From contig CAVRDD010000030.1 in NCBI GenBank assembly GCA_963719715.1, positions 92,140 to 156,139 on the forward strand: a stretch of DNA of 64,000 nucleotides. Direction: 5' to 3'. Position 1 is the stretch's first letter, and each line of letters opens with the position of its first letter. The notes under the pieces are model-generated. The model searched no databases and was not told the origin of the DNA. It saw nothing but the letters and a program-made list of their open reading frames with translations. The position numbers and the translations under genes were made by a program. Positions 20,326 through 30,669 of the stretch are shown in pieces. This stretch comes from an uncultured beta proteobacterium. GTDB lineage: Bacteria > Pseudomonadota > Gammaproteobacteria > Burkholderiales > JAEUMW01.

Positions 20326-21990
20326 ATGAACAACCTCGCCGAAGCGTTGAAGCAGCACGAGGCCACGCCTGCGAAGGTGCTCTATCACCAGTGGACTGGC
20401 GAGGAGTGGAAGAGCTATACCGCGGCAGAGATCATCGATCTCGCAGCGCGCTGGCAGCAGACCTTTCTCGATCATGGTTTCGAGCGTGGCGACCGCGTTG
20501 CCTTGTGCATGAAGAACAGCGTGCACTGGGTGGCGATCGACCAGGCCTGTCTTGGCCTTGGGCTTGTCGTCGTTCCGCTCTACGTCATCGACAATCCGGA
20601 GAACATCGCCTGGTGCATCGGCCACTGCGAGGCGCGGCTCCTGGTGCTGGAGACACCGCGCGTGCTGGAGACGCTGCGTCAGGCTGCGCAGAACCTGCCC
20701 CCGATCGTTTGCATGCAGGCCGAGCCGGGGGATGCCGTGGAGACACCGCGCACGTTCCTGCCGGCCAGCGCAAAGGCGTTCACGGTGCAGCCGATGCCGG
20801 AAGACGGCCTCGCCAGCATCGTCTACACCTCAGGCACGACGGGGCGGCCGAAGGGCGTCAAGCTGTCGCACCGGAACATTTTGTCGAACGCGCTCGCCGC
20901 GCTCAGGATCGTCGATCTGCACGACTCCGATCTGCTGTTGTCCGTGCTGCCGCTTTCGCACATGTTCGAACGCACCTGCGGTTACTACGCACCGCTGCTT
21001 CATGGCGCACCCGTCGCGTTCTCGCGCGGGGTGCAGCACATTGGCGAAGACCTGACGGGCCTGCGGCCGACGATCATCATGGCTGTGCCGCGGGTCTTCG
21101 AGCGTTTTCTGGTACGCATCGAGCAGGCGTTGAAGGACAAGCGCGTGAAGCGCGAACTCTTCCAGCGCACCGTCGTGATCGGCTGGCGCATATTCAGGGG
21201 CGAAGCGAGCGCCTTCGATCGCGCCGCTTATCGCGTCCTGCAGCGGATCGTGGCGCAGCCCGTCCTGGAGCGGCTGGGCGGACGGCTCCGTCTTACGGTG
21301 GTTGGAGGCGCAGCGCTCGAGCAGCGAGTCGCCAGACACTTCCTCGGGCTTGGCCTCACCATGCTGCAGGGATACGGCTTGTCCGAGGTCTCGCCGGTCG
21401 TCGCTGCCAATCACATGGACGACAACGACCCGGCGTCGGTGGGGTACCCGCTGGAAGGCCTCGAAGTGAAAGTCAGCGAGCAGCACGAATTGCTGGTGCA
21501 CGGACCTTCGGTGATGCTCGGCTACTGGCGCGACCCGGACGCGACGGCGGCGGTGCTGTCTGCGGATGGCTGGCTCAACACTGGTGATCAGGTCGACATC
21601 CGCGAAGGACGCATCTACATCAAGGGCCGCACCAAGGACATTCTGGTGCTTTCCAACGGTGAGAAAGTGCCCACCGACGAGATCGAGCGCGCGCTGCTTG
21701 AAGAGCCCGCGTTCGAACAGGTACTGGTGGTGGGCGAGGGGCGTGCGTATCTCATACTGCTCGCGGTGAGCCAGGACAGTGACGAGAAGAAGCTCGCGAA
21801 GCTCGCCAGCGATCGGCTCAAGTCGTTCCCCCGCTACATCCGCATCCGCCGCGTGATTGCTACGAAAGAGCCGTGGACGCTCGAAGACGGTCTGCTTACG
21901 CCGACGCTGAAGGTCAAGCGTGCAAAGGTGCTGGCGCGATTCGACGAGGCCATCCGACGCGCCTACGAGGAGTCGGGTCTAACCGACTGA
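20326..21990 (+). CDS. AMP-dependent long-chain acyl-CoA synthetase/ligase.
   Basis: I use the ATG at 20326 (MNNLAEALKQ) within ORF 19834..21990. The AMP-binding motif IVYTSGTTGRPKGV is present, along with GYGLSE and the C-terminal TPTLKVKR. Confidence 0.8.
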   Translation: MNNLAEALKQHEATPAKVLYHQWTGEEWKSYTAAEIIDLAARWQQTFLDHGFERGDRVALCMKNSVHWVAIDQACLGLGLVVVPLYVIDNPENIAWCIGHCEARLLVLETPRVLETLRQAAQNLPPIVCMQAEPGDAVETPRTFLPASAKAFTVQPMPEDGLASIVYTSGTTGRPKGVKLSHRNILSNALAALRIVDLHDSDLLLSVLPLSHMFERTCGYYAPLLHGAPVAFSRGVQHIGEDLTGLRPTIIMAVPRVFERFLVRIEQALKDKRVKRELFQRTVVIGWRIFRGEASAFDRAAYRVLQRIVAQPVLERLGGRLRLTVVGGAALEQRVARHFLGLGLTMLQGYGLSEVSPVVAANHMDDNDPASVGYPLEGLEVKVSEQHELLVHGPSVMLGYWRDPDATAAVLSADGWLNTGDQVDIREGRIYIKGRTKDILVLSNGEKVPTDEIERALLEEPAFEQVLVVGEGRAYLILLAVSQDSDEKKLAKLASDRLKSFPRYIRIRRVIATKEPWTLEDGLLTPTLKVKRAKVLARFDEAIRRAYEESGLTD

Positions 21991-22006
21991 CGCCGGAGCG
22001 CAGGTT

Positions 22007-22387
22007 TCACGGCAGTGCGAACACGTCGAAGCGAATCCGCTTCCAGGGATTTCTGTTTTCGGTGAGCTGGCTGATGCGCGCTTCGACTTTCGCACCCCGA
22101 TCCATATGCCGGGCGAGATCGGCGTTTTCAGCGCGCGGCACGTAACCCAGCTTCTCGCCATGCCACTCCACGCGAACCGCTTGCGGGTCGTATGGATTGT
22201 CGCGTTCTCGCACCAACGCGAGCGCGTCGCCCACTTTCATTTCGCTCCACAGCGTCTTGCCGTGATGGAACTGGAAGCCGGCGAGCGGGGAACTCTGAAT
22301 CAGAATGCGCGCTTCGACGCGCGGCTCGCCCGCGATGGCGATGCTCGAGGCGAGGATCGCGACAATCGTCGCGATCCGTAGCACCAC
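22007..22387 (-). CDS. HIRAN domain protein with an N-terminal signal-like hydrophobic segment.
   Basis: The C-terminal part of ORF 22007..22849 reads GFQFHHGKTLWSEMKVGDALALVRERDNPYDPQAVRVEWHGEKLGYVPR, which is HIRAN-like. The start (GTG at 22387) is inferred and gives VVLRIATIVAILASSIAIAG. Confidence 0.55.
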   Translation of the reverse strand: MVLRIATIVAILASSIAIAGEPRVEARILIQSSPLAGFQFHHGKTLWSEMKVGDALALVRERDNPYDPQAVRVEWHGEKLGYVPRAENADLARHMDRGAKVEARISQLTENRNPWKRIRFDVFALP

Positions 22388-22401
22388 TGCCGCAGTCGGT
22401 G

Positions 22402-22815
22402 TCAGAACGGCTTCACCACCGCCAGAATCACCACCGCAATCAGGATGAGCACCGGTGCCTCGTTCATCCAGCGGTAGAACACGTGACTGTGCCGGTTCCG
22501 ATCGTGCCTGAAATCCATCATCGCCTTCCAGCTCCACGCGTGATAGGCGAGCAGGGCCACCACAACGGCGACCTTCGCATGCAGCCAGCCGCCCGAGTAA
22601 CCGTAGCCGAGCCACAGCCACAGTCCGAGCCCGATTGCGAGCACCGCGGACGGCGTCATGATCCCCCAGAACAGTTTGCGCTCCATCACCTTGAAGCGAT
22701 CGAGCGAGAGCGCATCGCTCGACATCGCGTGATAGACGAAGAGACGCGGGAGATAGAAGAGCCCGGCGAACCACGTGACAACGAAAACGATGTGAAAGGC
22801 CTTCAGATAGAGCAT
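22402..22815 (-). CDS. hemJ: Protoporphyrinogen oxidase HemJ (UPF0093/CopD-like membrane protein).
   Basis: The 137 aa ORF begins MLYLKAFHIVFVVTWFAGLFYLPRLFVYH and contains ...GGWLHAKV.... Confidence 0.75.
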   Translation of the reverse strand: MLYLKAFHIVFVVTWFAGLFYLPRLFVYHAMSSDALSLDRFKVMERKLFWGIMTPSAVLAIGLGLWLWLGYGYSGGWLHAKVAVVVALLAYHAWSWKAMMDFRHDRNRHSHVFYRWMNEAPVLILIAVVILAVVKPF

Positions 22816-22883
22816 GGATCGGGCGGGGACGAGTTGCGGGCGCGGTCATGGTATCCGATTCGTGTGAGGGATCGGATCCCCAC

Positions 22884-23284
22884 CTATGCGTCGTGCGGCG
22901 CTGGCCCGCCTGGCTTCGGGGATGAGCGCGAGTAGACTTGCTTCACCCATTCCACGAGTACGAGATAGGCTACGACCATCACGGCCAGAATGGCGAAGAA
23001 GAGCGGCGGCGGCCTCACGAAGCCGAGATAGTGTGCCCACGGGCTGAAGGGTAGCCAGATGGCAAGCGCGACCACGGCAAGGGAACTGGCCACGAGCAGA
23101 GGGTGCGGCCGGCTGCGCAAGGGATTGCGCTGCGTCCGGATCACGAAGATCACCAGCACCTGGGTAGCGAGGGATTCGACGAACCAGCCAGTGCGAAACA
23201 GGGTCTCGTCGGCACCGAGGACGCTCAGCAGAACGTAGAACGTCAGAAAATCGAAGAGCGAGCTCACGGGGCCCACCGGGTGGC
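22884..23284 (-). pseudogene. mgtA: Mg2+-importing P-type ATPase, C-terminal fragment separated from the rest by the IS3 remnant.
   Basis: The sequence VGPVSSLFDFLTFYVLLSVLGADETLFRTGWFVESLATQVLVIFVIRT... matches the last TM helices of MgtA. Confidence 0.7.
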
Positions 23285-23700
23285 GATGTAGGTGATGTCT
23301 GTTACCCAGGCTTTGTTCGGCGCAGCAACGGCAAACTGCCGATCCAGAAGGTTCGGTGCGACCGGCAGGGCATGATTCGAGTCCGTCGTCGCCTTGAACT
23401 TGCGTTTCTGCTTGCAGCGTAGCCCGAGTTTTTTGCGAATCCGCCTGATGCGATGAATGCCCACCTGAATGCCGTTGTCGGCCAGGTCGGCTTGCAGCCG
23501 CTCCGGACCGTAGGTCTGCCGCGTTCTCTCGTGCGCCGCCTTGATCTGCGTTTCCAGCTGGGCATTCTTCTGCGCGCGTGGCGACCGCGGCCGCTTGCGC
23601 CAGGCGTAATAGCCGCTTTCCGATACGTCGAGCACGCGGACACATCGCGGCTACGGGATGCTGGCGCCGCAATTCATTTATCCGGCCGTATTTCACCGCG
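23285..23700 (-). pseudogene. IS3-family transposase OrfB, N-terminal remnant only, with an extra frame break.
   Basis: VKYGRINELRRQHPVAAMC lies in one frame and RVLDVSESGYYAWRKRP...NKAWVTDITYI in another. An extra C sits near 23640-23641. No DDE core follows. Confidence 0.65.
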
Positions 23701-23935
23701 ACTCCTTCGCGAAATACGCCGCACACTTTTTTAGCAGGTCACGCTCCAACTTCACTTCCGCCAATTCTTTCCGCGTGCGCGCCAATTCAAGCTCCAATTC
23801 GCTCGGCACCCGCTGACCTTTCCCGACCTCGGCAAGCTTGCCGGCCCGCGCTGCCCTGACCCAGTTGCTCAGGCTGCTCTTCGGCACTGACAAGCGCTTT
23901 GCTGCCTGATCAATTGATAACCCTTCCGACTCCAC
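23693..23935 (-). CDS. IS3-family transposase OrfA (HTH).
   Basis: MESEGLSIDQAAKRLSVPKSSLSNWVRAARAGKL...LLKKCAAYFAKESR is a typical IS3/IS407-group orfA. Confidence 0.75.
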   Translation of the reverse strand: MESEGLSIDQAAKRLSVPKSSLSNWVRAARAGKLAEVGKGQRVPSELELELARTRKELAEVKLERDLLKKCAAYFAKESR

Positions 23936-24059
23936 CAGCTTACCGCTTCCGCCCGAAATTCCAGCGTGTATACCCCCTTCGGCATCCGTTCCATCTGCGT
24001 CCTCCGTTCGTCCAATTCTACGAATCGTCGAACTCTTTTTTTTCAGCCTACCTCAAAGC

Positions 24060-26298
24060 TCCGGATGGCCGCCATGTCCCACTTGCGCGGGGTGGCGATC
24101 TCCTCGGCATCGACCTCGTCCAGCGGGATCGCCACTTCGGAGACGTCGTAGAGCATGTTGTTGAGCAGAATCTGTGTCGGCAGCATCGGCAGGAAGGGGA
24201 GAAACAGTGCGGCGCCGGCCATGCTGAACATGTTGCCGAAGTTCGAGCTGGTGCCCATCCGGATGTACTTCATGATGTTCGCGAACGTCCGCCGGCCCTC
24301 GACCACACCGGCGTGAAGCACCCGCAGGTCGGACGCCAGCAGGATCATGTCCGCCGCTTCCTTGGCGACATCGACTGCGGTGTCCACGGAAAGGCCGACG
24401 TCGGCTGAGTGCAGGGACGGCGCGTCATTGATGCCATCGCCCAGATAGCCGACGACGTGCCCGCGCGCCTTGAGCGCCCGGATGATACGGTTCTTCTGGG
24501 TGGGGTTCACGCGGCAGAAGAGGTTTGCTTCCTCGACCCGTGCTGCCAGCGCTTGGTCGTCGAGGGCGTCGATGTCGGGTCCGGTGAGCACGCCAACGAC
24601 GGGGATGTTCAGGGTTGCACACACGTGTCGGGTGACCTCCTCGCTGTCCCCCGTCACGATTTTGACCGCCACTCCGCTCGCCTTCGGTGGATCGAGGAAG
24701 CCTGCCAGCCCGGCGAAGACGAGATCGGACTCGTCGCCTACCACCGCGTGGGGGTGATCGGCGCCGACCTCGCGCCAGGCGATGCCGAGCGTGCGAAAGC
24801 CCTGCTCGCCGAGTGCCTCGTAGAGCTCGCGAACGCGGTTGCGGGCCGGCGCTTCGAGGGGCTGCAGGGGGGGTTGCTTGTCCGACTCGAACGACGCGGA
24901 GAGGCGCAGGATCTCTTCCGGCGCGCCCTTGACCACCAGCAGCCGCTGGCCGTCTTTCTCGAGCAGCACGGACACCCGCCGCCGCTCGAAGTCGATGGGA
25001 ACCTCGTCGAGCTTCGTCCAACCCGAGATGTCGATGTCCGCGTGTGCGAGGATCGCCTCGTCCAAGGGGCTGCGCAGGCCCGTCTCGAACCAGCTGTTCA
25101 AATAGGCCAGCTGAAGCACACGCTCACTGGAGTTTCCCGCGACGTCGACGTGGCGCTCCAAGCGGATGCACGCTTCGGTCAGTGTCCCGGTCTTGTCGGT
25201 ACAGAAGACATCCATGCTGCCGAGGTTCTGGATCGCGGCGAGTCGCTTCACGATCACGCGCTGCTTCGCCATGCGCACCGCACCCCGTGCGAGTGTGACC
25301 GAGACCACCATTGGCAAGAGCTCCGGCGTGAGGCCGACGGCAAGCGCGACGGCGAACAGAAACGATTCCAGCAGCGGCCGCTGGAAGAGTGCATTCACCA
25401 GGAGGACGAAGAGCACCATCAGCACGGTGAGCCGCATGATGAGCAGCCCGAAGCGCCGTGTGCCGAGTTCGAACGCCGTTGGCGGTGGTGCCTGTTCCAG
25501 ACTGGAGGCGATGCTACCCATCTGGGTCTCGCTGCCCGTGCGGCAAACGAGCACGGTCGCGCCGCCGCTGATGACGGATGTTCCCAGGAAGACCGCATTG
25601 TCGGCCGCCGACACCTGGGTTGCCGTGGCGGGCAGATCGACCGCCCGTTTTTCCACCGGATAGGGTTCGCCCGTCAGCATGGGCTGCTTCACGAAGAAGT
25701 CCCGCGCTTCCAGCACGCGTCCGTCGGCCGGCACCAGATCACCGGCGGCGAGCAGCACGAGATCTCCCGGGACGATTGAGGTCAGCGGCACCTCCTGCTT
25801 TCGACCGTCCCGCAGCACGGTTGCCCTGACGGCGACCGAACGCCGCAGCCGCTCGGAGGCCAGGTTCGCGCGATGCTCCTGCACGAAATCGAGGATGATC
25901 GAGCACAAAACGATGGCCGCGATGATGAGGAAATCCGTCACATCGCCGGTGATCGCGGACAGTCCGCTCGCCACCAGCAAAATGATGACGAGGGGATTGC
26001 GGAAGCGGGAAAGAAACTGCGCCAGCAGCGAGCGCTCGCGGTGTTCGCGGAAGCGGTTGGGGCCGAAGTGCTCCAGGCGCTGCGTGGCCTCGATGGCGCT
26101 CAGGCCACCGTCGGTCGTCGCCAGCGCGGCCCGCAGTTCGTTGCCGGAGGTAACCCACCACGGCGCTGCGCCGACGCTCGCGCGCTCGTCCACGTTCAGG
26201 TCAGCAGCCGTCGGCGCGTGAGCACAAGCGCGGCGTAGTACCCGACGCCGGCGTAAGCAACCAGCACTGCAACGTGCCAGGCCAGTTTGTTCGGCCAC
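24060..26298 (-). pseudogene. mgtA: Mg2+-importing P-type ATPase, N-terminal about 85 percent, truncated by the IS3 remnant.
   Basis: The phosphorylation site FCTDKTGTLT is present, along with VTGDSEEV, GDGINDAPSL and ...YDVSEVAIPLDEVDAEEIATPRKWDMAAIRSF before the IS junction. The true start is uncertain, because ORF start 26298 overlaps the upstream gene. Confidence 0.8.
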
Positions 26299-26936
26299 TC
26301 ACCATTCACCAGAGGTCGCGCGATCTCGACGGCGTGAGTGAGCGGCAGCCAGGCGGAGACGGCCTGCAGAAAGGAGGGCAACTGGCTCACGGGAAAGAAC
26401 ACCCCACACAGCAACACCATGGGTGTGATCACCAGCGTGAAGTAATAGAGAAAGAAATCGTAACTCGGCGAGATCGCGGTCATCGTTAGACCGAGACCGG
26501 CAAAGGTGAGGCCGATCAGCAGTGTGAGCGGGATCAGAAGCAGTGTGAGCGGCGCATGCGAAAGACCAAGGACCCAGATCACGGCGAGGATGGCAAGGCC
26601 CGACAGCACGCTCTTCGAGGCAGCCCACAAGGCCTCTGCCAGCACGATGTCGTCCAGGTCGAGCGGTGCGTTGAGCAGCGCGCCCCAGGTCTTCTGCACA
26701 TGCATGCGGGAAAAAGCCGAGTACAACGCCTCGAACGTCGCGCTGTTCATCGTGCTGTAGCAGACGGTACCCGCCGCGAGGAACGTGATGTACGGGACAC
26801 CGTCGACTTCGGGGAGCAGTCTGCCGAGGCCATAGCCCAGGCCCAGCATGTACAGCATCGGGTCGGCGAGGTTGCCGAGCATCGACGGAATCGCGAGCTT
26901 GCGCCAAACCAGGAAGTTGCGCCGCCACACCTGCAT
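26196..26936 (-). CDS. ABC-2 type transporter permease (NodJ/YadH-like), with no adjacent ATPase.
   Basis: The C-terminal part of ORF 26196..28019 reads MQVWRRNFLVWRKLAIPSMLGNLADPMLYMLGLGYGLG...LPLTHAVEIARP. The start could be somewhat upstream of 26936. Confidence 0.75.
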   Translation of the reverse strand: MQVWRRNFLVWRKLAIPSMLGNLADPMLYMLGLGYGLGRLLPEVDGVPYITFLAAGTVCYSTMNSATFEALYSAFSRMHVQKTWGALLNAPLDLDDIVLAEALWAASKSVLSGLAILAVIWVLGLSHAPLTLLLIPLTLLIGLTFAGLGLTMTAISPSYDFFLYYFTLVITPMVLLCGVFFPVSQLPSFLQAVSAWLPLTHAVEIARPLVNGEWPNKLAWHVAVLVAYAGVGYYAALVLTRRRLLT

Positions 26937-27174
26937 GAAGCGGGGGCTCAGGGCCGGACGGGCAAAGTGTTTGGGATTCACGCGGTGAACATTCCGTGCC
27001 GTTACAGAACCTGCACGGCGCGCGGCGAGGCAGGAACGGCTTCGGTCACTGCAGGAAGGGCGCGGGTATCGCGCCGGACACGCCGGCATTATCCGCTGCC
27101 AGCGGTCTTCGCACCAAGACCAGGCAGCACGCGTGTGGTTCGCCGCTGCGGCGTCGACCGCGGGAAAGCCGTCG

Positions 27175-28805
27175 CTAGCCGAGCAGCGCGGCGCCCAGCG
27201 CGATCGCGAGACCGAGCAGCGACACGCCTGCCGCCGGCCACTGCCGCAGCCAGCGGTCGGCCCGCTCGAACCATACGCTCGAGGTGACGGCGGAGCGTGC
27301 GGCAGCGTCGATGGCGACAGCGATGTCGCCCTCGGGGATGCGCGGCAAGCGATCGGCCGACCGGGTGAGCACGATCGCCAACACAGCGCCGAGCGCGACC
27401 GGCCAGAGCGCTTCCCACAGGTACTGCGGCGCGAGCGGATCGGGCAGCGCCCCGAGCAACGCGGCGTAGTACAGCGCCCACGGTATCGCGATCGACGCGA
27501 TCGCCATCGCGAGCCACGGTAGGGTGAGCCCCGTCGCTGCGGTCGCCTGCGGCTCGGCGGCCGTGTTTGCGCGCAGCCGCACGATGAAGTGCAGCATGAG
27601 CACCGTCGTGCCGATCGCGGAGACCACGCCCGAGCATGCCCATCAGTCCGTCGCCGAGCGGTTCCTTCACGGCAAACTTTGCCAGCGCGCCCGCCGGTGA
27701 GCGGCAGGCCTCCGAGACCCGCCGCGAGCACGGTGGCGAGCACGAGCGTCGGCGTGACGCGTGCGGCACCGGTCGCGGCAACGACGCCGACGACGAGGAA
27801 GAGCGCGCCTTTCACCAGCACGTGGTGCGACGCGTAGAAGGCCGCGAGCACCGGTGCGGCGCGTATCGCCCGCCGCCATCCCCATGCCGAGCACCGCGAC
27901 CACGACCCCCATCTGCGAGACGCTCGAATACGCAAGCACCGCTTTCGGATGCGTCTGCGTGATGCCCATCGCCACGGCGTACAGCGCGGTGAACATGCCG
28001 AGCGCGGCGAGCGGCTCACCCCACGCGGCGAGCGGTGCGTCGAAAGGCAGAAAGCGGATCAAGCCCGATGATGCCGACCTTCACCACCGCACCGGAGAGC
28101 ACCGACGAAGCCGGAACCGGCGCGGCCGAATGCGCGAGCGGCATCCACACGTGCAGCGGCACGAGGCCGGCCTTGATGCCGAAGCCGACGACGAGCAGCG
28201 CCAGCGTGAGGTCGCGGTGAGAGGAAGTGGCGAGCGCGGCCGCGGCATCGCGGATGAGCAGGCTGTCGCCCGGCGTCAGCTGCTGCGAGCATGACGAATC
28301 CCATCAGCGCGAGCGACTCACCGGTGAGCGCGAGGCCGACATAGACGGCGGCGGCGCGGCGTGCGCGCGGCGTGTCGTCGTGCATCACGAGGCCGGTCGC
28401 AGCCGAGCGTGAGCAGTCCCAGCAGCGCATACAGGCTCACCATGTCGGCCGCGACGAAGACGCCGAGGCATCCCGCGAGCGCCATCAGCCAGCACACCGC
28501 GAAGCGCCCGGCCTTGGGCGAATCGCCGAAGTAACTCGCGGCGTAGGCACCCGCGGCGCTCCACAGCAGCGCCGCGACGCCGAGGAGAAGCGCACCCGGC
28601 AGGTCGAGCGCGAAGGTGAGCCGCACCGGTCCCGCTGCCGATCACGAGCGGCGCCGCATCGACGGCGAAGAGCGCCGCAGCGATGCCGGGCAGCGGCGCG
28701 ATCGCGAGCCACGCGAGCATGCGTTCGCGCACGCCCGCGCAGGGCGCAGGCCGCGAGCATCGCGAGCGGGAGCGCGAGCGTGGCGCCGAGCAGGAACGTC
28801 TTCAT
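27175..28805 (-). pseudogene. mnhD: Mrp/Mnh-type antiporter subunit D-like protein 2 (NuoL/M/N family proton-conducting subunit), with multiple frame breaks.
   Basis: The following pieces are spread over all three frames:
- MKTFLLGATLALPLAMLAACAL
- LTFALDLPGALLLGVAALLWSAAGAYAASYF
- FLPFDAPLAAWGEPLAALGMFTALYAVAMGITQTHPKAVLAYSSVSQMG
- FYASHHVLVKGALFLVVG
- the C-terminal 150 aa of ORF 27175..27627. Confidence 0.55.
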
Positions 28806-28807
28806 CG

Positions 28808-30317
28808 TCACTGCCAGCACGACCGAATCGGGACGGCCGATCGCGATGAGGTCGACCGGCAGGAACGCGACGAAGCCGAGCAGCACCGAGCACACCGCGA
28901 GCGCGAGCGCGACCGCCTCGCTCGGCCGCGGTACCTCGCGCCTTCGGTGCGAGCGGCGCCGCGGGTGCGGTCATCGCGCGCATCACCACCAGCACCACGT
29001 AGCACGCGGTGAGCAGGCCGCCCGACGATCATCACCGCCGCCCACCACCACTGGCCGGTCGAGACCGACACCGAGAGCAGCAGCCATTTCGCGAGGAAGC
29101 CGCCGGAGGGCGGCAGGCCGACGAGCGAGATGCCGCCCAGCGCGAACGCGATGATGCTCATCGGCATCAGGCGGCCGACCCCCGCCAGCTCGGCGATGCG
29201 GTCGTGGCCGAGCGCGGCGTAGATCGAGCCCGGCGGACATGAACATCGCCGCCTTCGCGGTCGCGTGCGAGATCACCTGCATGAGGCCGCCGGAGAGCGC
29301 CGTCGCGCCGTCGGCGGCGGTCGACGCCGCGCCGAACGCGAGCGGGAACATGAGGAACAGATAGCCGATCTGCGCGACGGTCGAGTACGCGATCAGCAGT
29401 TTGAGGCGCGCCTGCCGCAGCGCGAGCACGTTGCCGAAGAAGATCGCGCCGGCGCCGAGGAAGGCGAGCAGTTGTGCGCCGCGGCGCTGGCCAGGCCCGA
29501 CGTCGAACCAGAGCCGCACCAGCACGAAGAACGAACCCTTGACCACCAGCGCCGAGAGCACCGTGCTCGCCGGGGCGGGCGCGCCCGCGTGCGCCGGCGG
29601 CAGCCACAGGTGCAGCGGGAAGAGCGCGGTCTTCGCGAGCAGGCCCGCCGTCATCAGCGCGGTGGCGGCGACCGTCGCCGGGTCGACGTGCACGCGCGCC
29701 GCGAGCAGCGAGATGTCGAGGGTGCCGTAGCGTGCCGTAGAGGAGCGGAACGCCGACGAGATAGAGCGCCGAGCCGGCGAGCGCGAAGAGCAGATAGCGC
29801 AGCGCCGCCTGCAGCGTTTCGGCGCGCCCGTCCAGGCAGACGAGCGGCACGCGCGGCGAACGTGAGCAGCTCGAGCGCGACGAAGAGGGTGAAGAGGTCG
29901 TGCGCGAGCAGCACCGTGTTGAGCGCGCCCCAGATCGCGAGCAGGAGCTGCCAGAACGCGAACGCGGCGCGGCGCTTCGGGCGCTCCCGGCCGGCACCGA
30001 ACTCGGGCCCGGCGAAGAGCGCCGTCGCGCCGATGATGACCGCGGTGACGAGCATCATGGCGGCGGCAAGCCCGTCGGCGCGCAGGCGCACGCCGAGGGG
30101 CGGCGCCCAGGCGCCGAGCAGGTATTCCAGCGCCTCGCCCGAGCGCGCGAGGTGGATGACGATCGCGACCGCGAGCGCGAGCCCGACCGGGACGGCGGCA
30201 AAGCGCGACGCGGTGCGCATGCCGGCCGCCGACCGCGAATGCGATCGAGCATGCCGGCGAGCGGCGCCATCAAGCGCGAGCGGCAGCAGGAAACTCCGCA
30301 GGTGTCGCGGCCTCCAT
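28808..30317 (-). pseudogene. mnhD: Mrp/Mnh-type antiporter subunit D-like protein 1 (NuoL/M/N family), with multiple frame breaks.
   Basis: The following pieces lie in different frames:
- LGAWAPPLGVRLRADGLAAAMMLVTAVIIGATALFA
- LFTLFVALELLTFA
- LLAKTALFPLHLWLPPAHAGAPAPASTVLSALVVKGSFFVLVRLW
- LKLLIAYSTVAQIGYLFL
- LVGLPPSGGFLAKWLLL. Confidence 0.55.
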
Positions 30318-30329
30318 CGTGACGCCGGA

Positions 30330-30669
30330 TCAGGTGTCGCTCGCGTCGGCGTCGGCGGTGCGATCCCGACGCGAGCGTTGCGGCTGCCGGTCGCCTCGAA
30401 GAGCCGCAGGAGCAGCGCGACCGCGAGCGCGGTCGCAGCGAAGGCGACGACGAGCCCGGTGATGGTGAGCGCCTGCAGCACCGGATCGCCGCCGAGCCCG
30501 GCCGCGGCGCCGCGCCGCGCGACCACGCCGAAGATCAGGAACACGCCGCTGCCGAACAGGTTGAACGCGAGGATCTTGCGCAGCGGATCGGGATTCGTGA
30601 CCAGGCCGTAGAGGCCGAGCCCGACGAGCGCGGCGCTGCACGAGGCCGAGCAGAGTCGATGGAGTTCAT
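30330..30669 (-). pseudogene. mnhC: Mrp/Mnh-type antiporter subunit C (NuoK-like), with frame breaks.
   Basis: The sequence AALVGLGLYGLVTNPDPLRKILAFNLFGSGVFLIFGVVARRG...VLQALTITGLVVAFAATALAVALLLRL is present. Its ATG overlaps the upstream stop (ATGA). Confidence 0.55.

Larger units (their letters stand above)
23285..24059 (-). mobile_element. Truncated IS3-family insertion sequence: left end, orfA and the 5' third of orfB. The DDE region is missing.
   Basis: The orfA HTH protein and the orfB N-terminus are present. The element end starts with TGAGGTAGGC... next to the mgtA codons ...IRSF. orfB stops being IS-like after WVTDITYI. Confidence 0.75.

Noticed and set aside
22884-23726. A 280 aa ORF spanning the IS3 remnant and the mgtA 3' fragment.
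   Set aside because: It is a chimeric reading frame. Only the short VKYGRINELRRQHPVAAMC stretch (IS3 orfB) and the last approximately 130 residues (MgtA) are real coding sequence.
26196-28019. A 607 aa minus-strand ORF that looks like one large gene.
   Set aside because: Only the last approximately 246 residues are NodJ-like. The upstream part is an out-of-frame read-through of the mnhD-like gene in stop-poor GC-rich DNA.
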